64,000 bases of DNA from Lama guanicoe. Lineage: Eukaryota. The position numbers and the translations under genes were made by a program. Positions 35,421 through 48,515 of this stretch are shown here, in pieces; the stretch's first letter is position 1; every line of letters starts with the position of its first letter. The DNA is taken from the NCBI GenBank assembly GCA_013239625.1, contig MU057357.1, forward strand, positions 34,699,723 through 34,763,722. The letters are read 5' to 3'. The notes beneath the pieces were generated by a model. That model had not been told where the DNA came from. It worked only from the letters and a program-made list of their open reading frames with translations, and searched no databases.

Positions 35421-36779
35421 AGGGTTTTAAGAGCAGATTGTTGGTTGGGTTTCATTACACAGTTAGACCAGTAAAGCAGAAAATTTACTGTCAGAAATGC
35501 CAGCAAAGAAAATCTGAATGAGCTGCTAAGTGTAAATCGCTCTTTTCTGTCAACATCTTGTGGCTGAAAAATTAAATTAGACTATGTAATGAAAATCTAT
35601 TCTGACATTTAGTGATAAGCCATATTAATCCTTTTTTATGATGAGATAAAATTTTGAAGCCTGCTGTCTTTTACTAACCAATTCATTGAATTATATATAT
35701 ATAGTTAGAAATCCCATGTCTGTCTGTAAATTGTCATGCTAAAATTTCCAGTGTAGTCAGATTCTTTATTTAAATTAAATGCTTTTTCCGTACCAACAGA
35801 ACGAATGATTTGTAAAGAAGAATGTTAGCTCTTTCCTTCCTTTCTTCCTTCTTCTTTCTCCCTCCCTGGCTCCCTAAAAGGAGCTTCCATAATAACTTAA
35901 GTTCATAATGAGTCTACTTAACAAAGGCGAAAAATCCAGGAAACAATTTTCTAACTATATATTTACTGAAACTGTAATTTGAATGAGTCTTCTAATTCTT
36001 GAGAATGAATAACCAGATTTCTGAGAATCCAAATCTTAATATCCAACATCTACTTTGGTAGATTCCCCCAAGTAGCTGATCTATTTTTGTTTCAAAAGAC
36101 ATGAACACTCAAATCTTCATATGTTTGCAGCCTGCTTTGGTTCTCTGAGCACATCAATAACATTCCATGATTTTCAAGATTTGATTCTAAAAATTCACCC
36201 CTTTGTCCGATATTACCATAAGGATGTTCTGAAAAATGATGAATTCTGTCAACCAAAGGAGAATTCTGTGGTTCCATAAATTTGGCAAAATCTGGGTTCT
36301 TCAGCTCTGTCTTAGACACCCACAAAGCACGTACATATTTGAAAAGGTCTGAAAATAAACCTATTGTTATCTATCACAGTGTTTCTCAAATTTATTTGCC
36401 CATAGAGGGCACTTTGGGAAATGTTTCCCTTTTCCATTTTCAATCTTTTTCCATATTGATTAAATTTTTGGTTTGAGGGAGAGCTGGACAGAATGCCTTT
36501 CTTCCTTCATCAATAAAAAGAAAGTCTTCACAGAAAGTCTGATGTCTTTTTGGATATCCAGGACATTCTGAGCTCTGTTGGGCAAGGGAATGTCTCACGA
36601 GGGAGGATGGAACGGACCAGTCATGATTCATCACCTGTCTGGCACAGCAGATTAACGTCAGAGTGCTGTTAGCAAGGGACGAAAGTGAGGACGGCTTCTG
36701 GGAAGGCAACAAACACGGCCCAGAGAAGATTTTCCGGGAAATGTGTTTACCACCTCCACCCTTTCCAACCTGGTTCAAG

Positions 36780-37370
36780 TCACCATCTTTTCTCATTTCC
36801 GTAAAAGCCTTTTTACTTCCATTCTTGTCCCCCTACCATCAGTTCTCCACACAGTTGCCGGAGTAATCATTTAAAAACATAAATCAAGTCACTTCCCTGC
36901 TCGAGCCCTTCCAATGGGTTTCCATTTCGTTTAGCATAATGAAATGCAGCCCCGTGGCAACGGCTAATAGGCCTCGAGAACTTCAGCAACCTCACACTTT
37001 GTCCAGCTCATTCTAGTCCTGGCCTTTTTGCTGTTCCTCTGAAATGCTAGACTATTTTTTTTAAAACTTGTGCCCTTGGTACTTTCTATCTTCTTCCAAT
37101 AAATTTGTTTCTTTGGATTTTCACATGGCATTCTCCCTTATTCCCTGCACATGTGTCACCTCCTCAGGGAGAACCTCCTTGGTCAGGCTCTCCAAGACAC
37201 CTGTTTTATTTCTCTGATATATATATTTTTGTCATCTACTTTTATATTTATCTATTTCTGCTACCTCCACAAGGAGGATGAGTTGATACTGTCTATCTCT
37301 GCATGCTCAGCACTTAGAAGAGTGCATCAAAGAGTGGCTTGAAAATATTTGTGGAATACATGAATAAAAT
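36780..37370 (+). mobile_element. L2 3' remnant
   Basis: CCCTTCCAATGG, GCTGTTCCTCTGAA, TGTCACCTCCTCAGGGAG, AAATATTTGTGGAAT. Confidence 0.65.
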
Positions 37371-38489
37371 CCATAAAATTAAAAGAGAAAACCATCATGG
37401 CCAGATAAAAGAGAAGGTGAAGGGTTGTTTGTAAAGAACATTACAGAGTAATAGAAATAGACCTTTAAAATGAAAACTATAAATAGCGAAGTCCTTGTTG
37501 CCATTTTGATCTCTTTAAACACAGGGATGAGGCTAAATTCACTGAATGTTAGCAAGGCTAAAAAAAATTGCATTTGCAAAGCTGGATTTTGAAGTTCTTT
37601 GTTTTTGATTCCATTTGAACCCCATCTAGCTTTCTGCTGACCCCTCTTGCACCTACAAGACGATCGTGTTGATGCTGGAACCAGAGATTTTTTTCTTGTC
37701 AGTATAAGGGAGAGTGCCTATAAGGATTTAGAATTGGTCATTGATTCTTAGAAGATATCACATACTGACATGGACAAAAGGATCACCTCTGAATTAGACA
37801 AAGCCTAAATTGTCTTCTACATGCTGGGTTTTGAATTCCAGTTTTACACTTGCCAAAACAAATCCTTCCCTTACTTTCAAATTCTATTTGAAAGACCCTT
37901 CCTTAAAAAATATCTTCTAAGCCATTAAAATTCAGGTCTGCATTATTCACAAATTTAACAATTTTATCTGGACTATGCATTGTTTTACATACCAAGAACA
38001 CAAATTAATTTTCCTTATATGCAAGAATATTTTGAGTATGGACAGATGATTCTGTCAGAACTGAACACTTAGCCTGCTTTCTGTTCAAACCAGTATTTTT
38101 AAAGCTTATGGCCTATTCTATCATATCCTGCTTCTTATAGTATACATTAAATTCAAGGAGCAAGATTTATATTCGAAGTTAGCTTGGAAATCTGGATCTG
38201 ATTAAAGACATTCACTTTTAACTTATGGCCGTAGTCCCAGAAATTTTATATTAGCAAAGTAAAGCATGCCAAGCTAATAGAAAAATTGGATTAAAATTAA
38301 TATGAGATTATTTTTCAAGAGGCTTTGTAGTTATGTCAATGATCTGATGATAAATGTCGAGTAAAATTTGTACCATTAAGAATGCTTCATATGTAGTAAT
38401 AGCATTCTGGGCACACCAGTCTGCTTTAGGACAGTAGACACAGAAGCGTACGGTAAGTCGGGGCTAAGAGGTAGCTAGCCAGGACTGCT

Positions 38490-38960
38490 GGCTGTTCATC
38501 CAAGTTCATTCTCCCCTTAAGTAATACAGTTCAGCTAGAGATCTGACCACCAGGCCACAGACTGTATTTTCTGGCAGTGCCACTCCTTCCCCAATCCTTG
38601 CAGCTTAATGTGGATCAATGACTTCATCCTCAACAGCAGAAAGTTGATGCAAGTGATGGAAGTGCTGCGTGCCACTTCAAGTCCCGGGACTCAAAACAGG
38701 GCGCACATGACCCTTCCAACATTTTCTCCCTCAAAAAGCTGGAACCAATTCTATTTAAAGGAACCTTCCTTACAAAGCATTCCTTATGGGATGAAAGAGA
38801 AGGAAGATGGAGAAGTCTGGGTTCCTGACTGTGCAGAGCCCAGCAGTCTGCTTGCTTGCCACAGATGAATAGATAGGGAAGAACAAAAGTCATTTTTGAA
38901 AGGTTTCTATTGTCTTAACTCACCTGGATGGGATCAGAGTAGCTTAGCCATTTACACTAA
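38490..38960 (+). mobile_element. MLT1-type MaLR LTR remnant
   Basis: TATTTTCTGGC...CCTTGCAGC...GCAAGTGATG...GCCACTTC...GAAGTCTGGGTTCCTGA. Confidence 0.5.
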
Positions 38961-40180
38961 ATAGCACAGGGCTTAACACCATCTTTGGTGCCCTTTCCCC
39001 TCTCACGTTCTGCTCTGTCTTCATGGTGCCCTGTCATTCACCAAGGACCACCAAGGAGCATACAAGTAGCTCTGTTCTGGGTTCTTTCATTCATGCTCTC
39101 TGGTTTGTGTGGTGTCTAAGACCCACGTCTTGTTGCATTTATTTTTATCCATCTGACACTTTCAAAAAACTCCAATAAATTCAGTCAATATTTAGAAGCT
39201 TATAGGCCATTACTTATCCCAGAGGTACTTATCTTTCCTGAGAGTTGTGACTTGATCCAAATTAATGGATTTTTCCTTGGCAGAAGTTCAAGCAGAAGCT
39301 ACAGAGCATTCCAGGGTCTGTCCAGTCAAATCCTATAATGCTAGACTCGCGTATGAAAAGGAAAGAAACTTTGCCTCTCACATTCTCAGGCTGCAGCCGG
39401 GCTCAGCCTCCTTCTCAAGACGGGAAGAGCCAAACGGGAGGCTAGACTCCTAATGTCAACCCTTTGCCACTGTTTCTCTAGGTGGCTAGAACTAAGTAAT
39501 GGTCCCAGTTTTTAATCTGAGAAACAAACAGGCTTGATTAATAATGTCAAATGGTCATGAACTGCGGCAATGTCAATTACCACCTGCTATCTGGAAGCAG
39601 GTTTAACTGATGAGATTGTGTGACTCAACTTAGGTTTCCATCTATGTGTCTCCGTGAATTAGACGTTCTAAGTTTCTGAGTACCACCTTGATTTTCCAAC
39701 TTAATCAGTCTTTGTGAGGCTGAAAGTGAAAGAATTTGTAGTTAACACTGATTGAAGGAAATTCATGTTCCCTTGGGTACCTTTACCTGGAAATGGGACA
39801 ACCTCACGTGTCACTCTTTATAACACACTTCACAGTGCTTTTCAAAGGCTGGGTGCTACTCTTCAGTGGGACATGATATAACTTGTTGGGTCATGATCAA
39901 CATGCCAACAAATAGGGTGAATAGAACAGTGAAATAGTGCTTTGGCTATAATTCCAGTAAGTATTGTTTTGTGAAATTTAGTTTCAACTGTATATAAATG
40001 TGAGGGAATGTGTGCAGGTGTGTATTAGTATGTACTGTGTTGCAATGCAAAACTGTATTTCTTACTCCTATAAACAAAGTTTTGAAAGGCTTAGTTCAGC
40101 GCATCAGCTCATTTTGGAGACAGGATGTCTGCTCTTCATGGGTGCCTGCCTATTGCCTCAATGTCTTTGAATAGAGTCTC

Positions 40181-40689
40181 GTTTTTTATTTACTTATATA
40201 CTTGTTTGTTATTGAAGTATAGTTGACTTACAATGTTGTGTTAGTTTCAGGTGTACAACAAAGTGATTCAGTTACACACACACACATATATATTCTTTTT
40301 CAGATTCTTCCCATTATAGGTTATTACAAGATATTGAATGTAGTTCCCTGAGCTATACAGTAAGACCTTGTTGTTTATTTGTTTTATATATAGTAGTCTG
40401 TATCTGCTAATCCCAAACTCCTAATTTATCCCCCACCCCCTTTCCTCTTTGGTAACTATAAGTTTGTTTTCTATGTCTGTTGAGTCTATTTGTTTTATAA
40501 AGAAGTTCACTTGTATCATTTTTTTAGATTCCACATTTAAGTGATATCATATGATATTTGTCTTTCTCTGTCTGACTTCACTTAGTATACTAATCTCCAG
40601 GTTCACCCATGTTACAGCAAATGGAATTATTTCATTCTTTTTTATGGCCGAGTAATATTCCACTGTGTATATATACCACATCTTTATTG
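40181..40689 (-). mobile_element. 5'-truncated L1 with 13-bp target-site duplication
   Basis: L1 3' UTR motifs, flanked by TGAATAGAGTCTC (40168-40180) and TGAATGGAGTCTC (40690-40702). Confidence 0.9.
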
Positions 40690-43600
40690 TGAATGGAGTC
40701 TCTTGACATGATTTGGAAAGTGCTTCAATGCCATGTAATTATAAAATACATATTTATGGAACAGCCCCATGGCTATCCTTTTGCAAAATTATTTAATTTT
40801 CCCTGATTCTGTAAAAATCAATCTCCAGATCCCAACAATGTTCCAGTTTACTAAGATCATGTCAGAAAAGAAAAATATCCCACAATATATATTCATCTAT
40901 GGTTACTAACTGAATAAAACATGAAATAAACATATGGCCTCTAATTTTCAATTTCCTTAATCATGGACAATCTCATGTTGTATGTTCTCAAAGAACCATG
41001 TGGTTCTTTACCAAGAAGCACCAATGTACAACTGAACAATGTAGATAATGGATTATTTATTGCACTAAAAGGAATCTGGTCAGCTTTATGCTCAAATTCT
41101 GATAGATTCTGCTACAGATTATCTTTTTGAGGGAATAATTTTAGGGAAAATATTTTATTCTAATTGCAAAAAAAATATGTATAACTTGGTAGAACCCAAG
41201 TATCTTAGTACAAATTGTGACTACACTTAGATTTTTGATTTTTATAGAACTGTTTGTATTCCAGATGAAATTACTGGTAGTTAGATGCATTTGCTTCCTT
41301 ACTGTGCATATTATAATGTATAAAACATTTGCCAACACACTCAAAAACATAAATCAAGGGAAAGGAGAAATTTCTGACTGATTGCCTTAGTTAGAAATAC
41401 TGACACACTAGTTTACCTGATGAATGATCATATCCAGTAGCTTAACTAATAACCTGCACCACTGTCTAGTCTTCAGAGAAAAGAAAATTTCAGCCCAAAT
41501 TTGACTGAACAATGAGCAGATGAAAATGTTTATACTGTTTCGAAAAAAATGGTGTAACTTTTTAACTCTTAAGTATTCTGCTTTTCAGAAATCAGTCTGC
41601 TGAGAATAAATTGGAAGCTCATTAACCTGCTCAAAAGTACCAACTTGAGAAATGAAAAAAAAAAAAGATAAAATATCAAAACTCTTGTCTTAAGGAGAAT
41701 AGGTTATATTAAGTTTTAAGATCGTGCTCTTAATACTTCAATCAAGAGCTCACTGTCATATATTTGAAAGCTTTATGACACCCACTGCTCTCCCTTTTCC
41801 CTGTATAAGACTACTGATAAAAGGTATTCAAATAATCTATAGGCTTTACGTCTTCACTAAAACGTCACCATAAAATAAATCAGCTGGGGCTCAGACATGC
41901 AGTTTCTGTGAGCAGGGAAATATATGAAAACCGGCAATAAATAAAAAGGGCAAAAAAAATGAAGAGTATTTCTTAGGCTTCTCTAATATAAAATGTGTGA
42001 TTATTCAGCTTTGGTTGAAGGTGCAGTTTATTTCTGCAACATCTTTTGAGGAGAGGCAGAGAGGGAGGAAAGAGAGCAGCTTGTTAAGCAAATGCAGAAC
42101 GCTATCTTGGCGCTGGTCTGAAGCACTTGAGAAGTAGGCAGACACTGTTACTGCCAAGCGAAGGCCACCGGCTCAGCTCAGCCTGACCTTTGATATGGAA
42201 ACTACACATCCCTTTTTCTAATGAAGCAGCGTCTCTCCACAGCAGCACCTGAGCACTGCTGGCTTACGGAGTTAACGTACCTCCATTTGTTCAGGGGACA
42301 CTTTTCTTCCTAGTGAATTCGGACCACAGGTGGTTTTGGCCCTTTGTCTCCGGCCTCCTTTGCAATGCACCAAGGAGGTTCAGTGTGTTGGCCTCCCAAC
42401 CCAGTGAAGTATTCAAATACGTGCGGGTTAGATGGGCAGATACATGGAGGGACCAAAACTGTAGATTTTTTTTTTCTGTTCCTAAAAAAAGAAAAAAATC
42501 CCTTCAGCTGCTCTTGCACTTTGAAAGATAACTTTTGGATTAGTGTTTTCTTGTTATTTGTATGACGTGAACACCAGCAGTTTTGTATCCATGAGCTGTA
42601 AGCTTAGCTGTACGCAATAACTTTGTGGAAAATATTTGGTGGCCTCCTAAATAGGTCCACATAAAGTCAATTAACCCTCCAGGAAATGCTGTCTTTAACA
42701 ATCTGACACTGGACTGATGCCCAAGTATTCAAAGACCCAAGAAACTCCAATGACCAGCCCAAGAAGGAATCTGGCAAACAGAAATTTTCTTTCCCCTGCA
42801 CTGGCCAATCTCCTCCATGCACATGTCTGTTATAAAGATTAAGAACTTTCCAAAGGGCACATGAATCCCTCTGAGGTCATAGGTCAAGGTTGAAATGAGG
42901 TTTTTAGAGGTCAGGTCTTTTCTCAGATCATGTGGATCCTCCTGCCCATACAAAAACTTAAAAAAAAAAAAACTAAAAGAGAAATTTGTAGTCTTTCTCT
43001 ATTCTTTCAATACCTGAATTTTGTGGAACATATTTCATGTCTATTGGAATAAACATCCTCCCTCATCTGTTCTCTAGTTTTTCCTACAAAACACATATGC
43101 AAATATTTGGAAATGAAATCAAATGACTTGTTTCTTTCTCTTGTAATTATGCTCCATGGATGTGGAGAATAGTTTATTTTCCCCTTTGAAGTGCGCTATG
43201 GGTCTGAACAGTGGTTTCTCTGAAAACGTGCACTCGTCTAAGCAGCTGGATGAGGGAACACGTCCCATGCTCCTGAGCTCTGTCTGTCAAACTGCTGGTC
43301 GTAGTTTCATGGGACTCATGGAGGCCACACAGAGACTTTCACACATGTCCCCTGGAACTGTGGGAGCACGGTGGACTGTGGTCATGTCTGAAAGCCTCAT
43401 GAGAACAGGTGTCCCCCTGAAGTGACCCATGGTGATGGAGGAGAGCACTGCCCTTGGAAGTAACCACGTGGCCCACAGACAGAAGCTAAGATGGGGGCTA
43501 CATACAAGGGCTGTCTGGGTGTTTTCAGGTTCTTCCCAACAAGGCTGTGGGAGGTCAAGGAGGCCTCATCAGATAGAGTCTGGAAGTGACTTGCTACCTA

Positions 43601-44479
43601 GCCAGGACCTGAAGGAGAAATGGCAGGGGAGCAGCTGGAGAAGCTGAGGCATGTAAACGAAGCACCCCTAGTGCTGCTGAGGGATCTCAGAAAAGCCCAA
43701 GAAGATACCCGTAAGACAAAAGAGTCACCTTAAACACCTGCCAAATGCAGAGAACTGGAAAGTCATGGACATTTCAAGGAGGAGGGAAAAAGTGAGGCCC
43801 ACAAAGCAGCTTTGAATGGCTGAGGGAGAAAAGAATAAAGTTGTTCTATGATTTGTAAATATAAGTTCTACTTTGGTTACAAAAGCGACTCAAATATCCT
43901 GACATGCGGTGGGCATTTCTCCATCAGGTGCTTACTGCATTCTTCTCATGTGGAGAGAGCCTGTGGAAGAAGGTCACGAGCAAAACCCTGTGTCATGTGT
44001 GTCAGATCCCCATCCACAGACTCCCAACACGTGAACACTCAATAACACGTCTCTGGGAATTTTAAGCCTCCTCTCTATCAAATCCTAAGCATCTGTTAAA
44101 GGCAATGTGCAGAAAACTAGTGCAGTAATTGGAAATCTGTGTTTCAGCCAGGTGGTGATTTACAACCGAAACAGCAAGGATTTGGAAATTTCTCAACTGC
44201 TCTTCAACGATGCCTCTAATCAGAAAGGGGACACACACACATAATGCAGTTTATACCTCTGTCCCCTGTCCACCATTATTAATAGTCTTTTCTAGGACTC
44301 AGAATTTAGGCAACAGCTCACACGAAAAAACAACAAAACCCCCCAAAACAACCAAACAAAAAACCTCAGATACCCCTAGGGTGAGAGTGCTTCTCTTAGT
44401 GCCAGCAGACATTTTCCGGGGTCAGAAAAGGGTGTTCCCCCTTGAGAAACCACAAAGCCATTTTAGTCCCATCCTATAA

Positions 44480-45000
44480 ACCCACTTCTTAGAACATTTC
44501 TACTTAGATGTTATGACCTCATTATAGCCTCTAATTCTTTTTGTATGTCTCCCTCAAATAAATTCCCCTTTCCAACTTCCCTATTCTGGTAAATGTCAGC
44601 ACTATTTCCTTTAGTCACCAGGATCAAAATCAAGTCATGTTTTACTTCTTCTTCTTAGCCCTTAATGTCCAAGCATTGCTCTTTACATTTTCCAAAAAGC
44701 TCCCACAGCTGTATCTTTCTTTGCAGTCTTATAAAGCATCACCTATTGCTTGAATTGGTTCAGTCTTCAAATTGTTTTTCACCTTGCAGGTTCTCCCATC
44801 TCCTGGTTTATTTCACACACAGCAGGAAAATTACTCCAAGACACAACTTCTGCCCATCACTTTGTTGTTTAAGAATACTCTGTGACTTACCACTGACCTC
44901 AAAATACACATAAAATTTGGGGCAGAACTACAACACCATCTATGAGGTAGCCTCTCTTCATCTTGTCAATTACACACTTTACTCCTACTCTATAAAATGC
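44480..45000 (+). mobile_element. L2 remnant
   Basis: CATTTCTACTTAGATGT...TTAGTCACCAGG motifs. Confidence 0.5.
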
Positions 45001-45014
45001 CTTCAGGTCCTTAG

Positions 45015-47730
45015 AGTCAATTTAATTCAGTCATTTAAAAAATGCTTGCAACTTTGCTAGGTTCTGGGGATGCAACCATGGAAGAAAAAAAAAAAAAGAC
45101 TTAGTCCCTGAGCACACATCCCTGGGAACCTAGAGGGACATGCACACAAGTAAAACAAGCTTCATGTTGAGAAGTACAATATACTATAGGATAGGAGAAG
45201 TGCATAATATCCAGGCTTGGATTATCAGAGAACGCTTCTCAAAGGAAATGATGTTTACACCGTGGCCTGAAGGCAGAGCAGGAATTATGCAGGTAGAGAG
45301 CGGGCAGGTGGTGCACCAAGAAATAGGCAAGGGATGTGTGAAGGGCCAGAGGTGAGACTGAGCATGATCTGTTTCAGTAACTGAAAGAAATTCTGCTCTG
45401 TTGGAATTAACTATAACAGTGCCTAAGCAAGGCGAGGAAAATCCTGAAAGCCAAGATGAAACATTTGGTCTCTATTCTAAGAAAAACACGGAGCTATTGG
45501 AAGTTCTTAAAGAAGGAAAATACGAGCAGATTTCTCATAGAAATTACACTCTGGCTGAAGATGTGGAATAAGCCAAGAAGAGATGCAGGGGGCCAAGAAA
45601 GAGGCTGCTTCTGGAACCCAGATGTGAGTTTATGGTGGCAGTGAGGATGAATGTAAATCAGTGAAACTGGGGAGTGCTTGAGATAAAAATGACAGGGATT
45701 CTAATTGGTTGTAAACGTGGTAAGTCAAGATTGAATCCCAAGTTTCTTTTTTGGGCAATTGCAAGAATGATGGTCTCAATTACTAAAATAGGAAACATCA
45801 ATGGAATGGGTTTGAGGTTAGAGATGTTGGTTTGATTTCTGACATGTTGATCTTGAGGTGTCTACAAGACTTCTAAGTGAAGCAGTACTTTATAGATGGA
45901 TGAGGAAGGGGGCGGGAAGCTCAGGAGAAAGATTTGTGCCCAAAATGTATCCCTGAGAACCAGGAAGACGGTGACAGAGGCAACCGGAACAGAAGAGGCT
46001 ACTGAGTCAGTGGGAGGAAAGGCTATGTTTGAGAGCCATTGCCCTGAAGAGCACCAGCATTTAAAAGAAGAAACCGGATAGAGACATTGCAAAGGAAGGT
46101 GAGGAAGAAGGCAAACAGATTGTAGTGGTAATGGGAAGGTCACAAAAAGGAGAGTTTCCAGAAGAGGCCAACACTGTTAAGTGCTACTGAGAGTCTAAGG
46201 AAGACAAAGACACGAATAGATTTGGCACTAAGGTTGAGTGAACAGAAGGTAACTGTTTGTCCCCATCCATCTTCACCTTGTTCCATGCCCAGGGGTAAGA
46301 CCAGGGCGGATGGCCTCAATGAACTCTACTGCGTTCTGTCTCTTGTTTGAGTTAGAGCAATGGTGAGCACTGGCAGAAGATAAGAAGGAGGGAGTAGGGA
46401 GGAGAGGATATTTTCCCCTCGGCTTCTTTGTGGATTTGCTTCCCTGACTTAAGGTCACAGTTCCTGTCGGGCAGTTGTCTCTGCTCAGCTGTCTTGGGCT
46501 AGTATTGCAAAGAGCTCCCTACACTTCTTAGCTCTGGAGTAAGATGCTCTTCCCTGAGGGTTCCCTGTACTTCATCAGTGGCCTTTAATTGGCTCTTTAT
46601 TATATTCTCTTCAAATTATCCCAACTCGAATGCCTCATCTCTTTTCTGCTGGAATCTTGCTCAGCATGATGGCCATTTGAGACTTTGGGGAGAGTCCTTT
46701 CAGTGCTGTGGTGGGGGCAGAAACCAGATTACAGGTGGGTCAGAGAGTAAAAGGGAGGTGAGGAAAAGGAAATGGCAAGGAAGGTATTCTTTCAAAATGG
46801 TTAGTTATTAAGAGGTGCAGAGAGAAGGGCTGGGGCCACAGAGAAACATCCAGAGAGGTTTTATGTATTGAAAAAAATACGTGACTTGATCATTTCATTA
46901 CCTGTGAGATTAAGTCAGTATAGGAAGCGATTTTGAGGATATAGTGAAAAAAGAAAAAAAACAAGCTAGTAATGGGAGCATGGTCCCCTAAGGAGGTTGG
47001 AAGAAACAGGGTCCCTCTGACAGAAGAGTGAGTCTTACACAGAAGACACCCTGCTGCACAGTCGCACCAGGGAAGGAGGAACGCATGGCTGGCATGCGGG
47101 GCAGTCTGTACTCTGAATGGGAGACAAGCTATTGTACTTTGATGGCTTCCCCTTCCCTTGTGAAACTAAAAGCAAGGTACCTGATGAAAGTGAGAGTGCA
47201 TGATGGGTTGCAGATTTGAAAAGAGAAGTTCTAAATATTTTGAAAAAATGGGACCGTCAGAACTCTTTGAGAACCTAGTCGAGTCTGAAAATCGTGCATC
47301 TCGACTGTACCAATCTGCAAGTTTGTTTGAAGTTTCTCCTGAGACTCTGAGCAGTGTGGGTACTTGTTCAGAAAAGGTGAAAAATTAGATTGGGCCAATG
47401 CTGGGCTTTTCCGCATACGCAGACTGAAGGGAAACAGAAGAGGGCTGAGGAATTAGGAAGCAAGTATTTGAAATAATGGAGCATAGAATTTCATTTGGAT
47501 CAGGAAGAGAGTGAAAGAGAACGGAAGAGTCGAGACTAAATGTCCCTGAAAGACGGAAGACAGATGTGGTGGGGCTAACAGAATGGAATCAGTGGTCAGA
47601 GAGCTGAAGGCTTGAACTGAGTATTTCAGTAGAGCTCTCTTGAATACTGACAAGGTCCTGGGTGAAGCCTGGGTGAAGGATGATGTGGAGAAAAAACAAA
47701 GGTCTTTGGACATGAGTCTTGATGGGTGTT
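45015..47730 (-). mobile_element. Long L2 remnant interrupted by an LTR
   Basis: TTTAATTCAGTCATTT start, GGTTCTGGGGATGCA, GACATGTTGA..TTGAGGTG, and purine-rich continuation after 46660. Confidence 0.6.
46255..46655 (+). mobile_element. ERVL-type LTR (LTR33/LTR16-like) inserted in L2
   Basis: ATGGTGAGCACTGGCAG-AGAT...TTATTATATTCTCTTCAAATTATCC...TCTCTTTTCTGCTGG. Confidence 0.55.
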
Positions 47731-48363
47731 CATGGGATGGATGGCTGCCATTCCTGACTTCTTTGAATAACCTGAGCTTGATTCTTTTTCAGTGCATATT
47801 ATTTTTAATCAATGCCTCATATGCCATTTATCAAATCATTGTATATCACAAATATACATGATTAATATCTAAATGCGAGAGGGTTATTCTTTATTCAACA
47901 ATTCAATTCCAGTTTTGAGTCACTTAAATCCTTAACTTAAATATATTAACTTCAAAAATATCTTTTTAAGAAGAGAAAACAGGTGGGTTTCTCAAACCAG
48001 GCTGCCCAGAAAAGTTCCTCATTTGGTTTTCTAATTATAAAGCACAGAAGGAAGGTTTGGTTTGAAGTTTTAATTTACCCGAGCCATACAGGATTAGTTT
48101 TTCTACATGCAATCCTGTATTTGACAGTTGTTAAATATTTGCTTTAACCATGAAATTATTTTGAGTACAACACAATTGCACCTACTATCTCTGCACAACT
48201 CTTTCAGGAATTGGCATACACTCACAATATTTAACTAGAACAATGAATGGTTTAAAAATAGAAAATGCACAAATTACTGTACTCCCTTGGAAGCACATAA
48301 GCTCTGACAGAAAATGGAATAAAGTGGTTGTATAAAGAGCTTCAACATAACTTTTTCAAAAAA

Positions 48364-48515
48364 NNNNNNNNNNNNNNNNNNNNNNNNNNNNNNNNNNNNN
48401 NNNNNNNNNNNNNNNNNNNNNNNNNNNNNNNNNNNNNNNNNNNNNNNNNNNNNNNNNNNNNNNNNNNNNNNNNNNNNNNNNNNNNNNNNNNNNNNNNNNN
48501 NNNNNNNNNNNNNNN
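48364..48515. other. Assembly gap (N run)
   Basis: 152 N. Confidence 1.
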
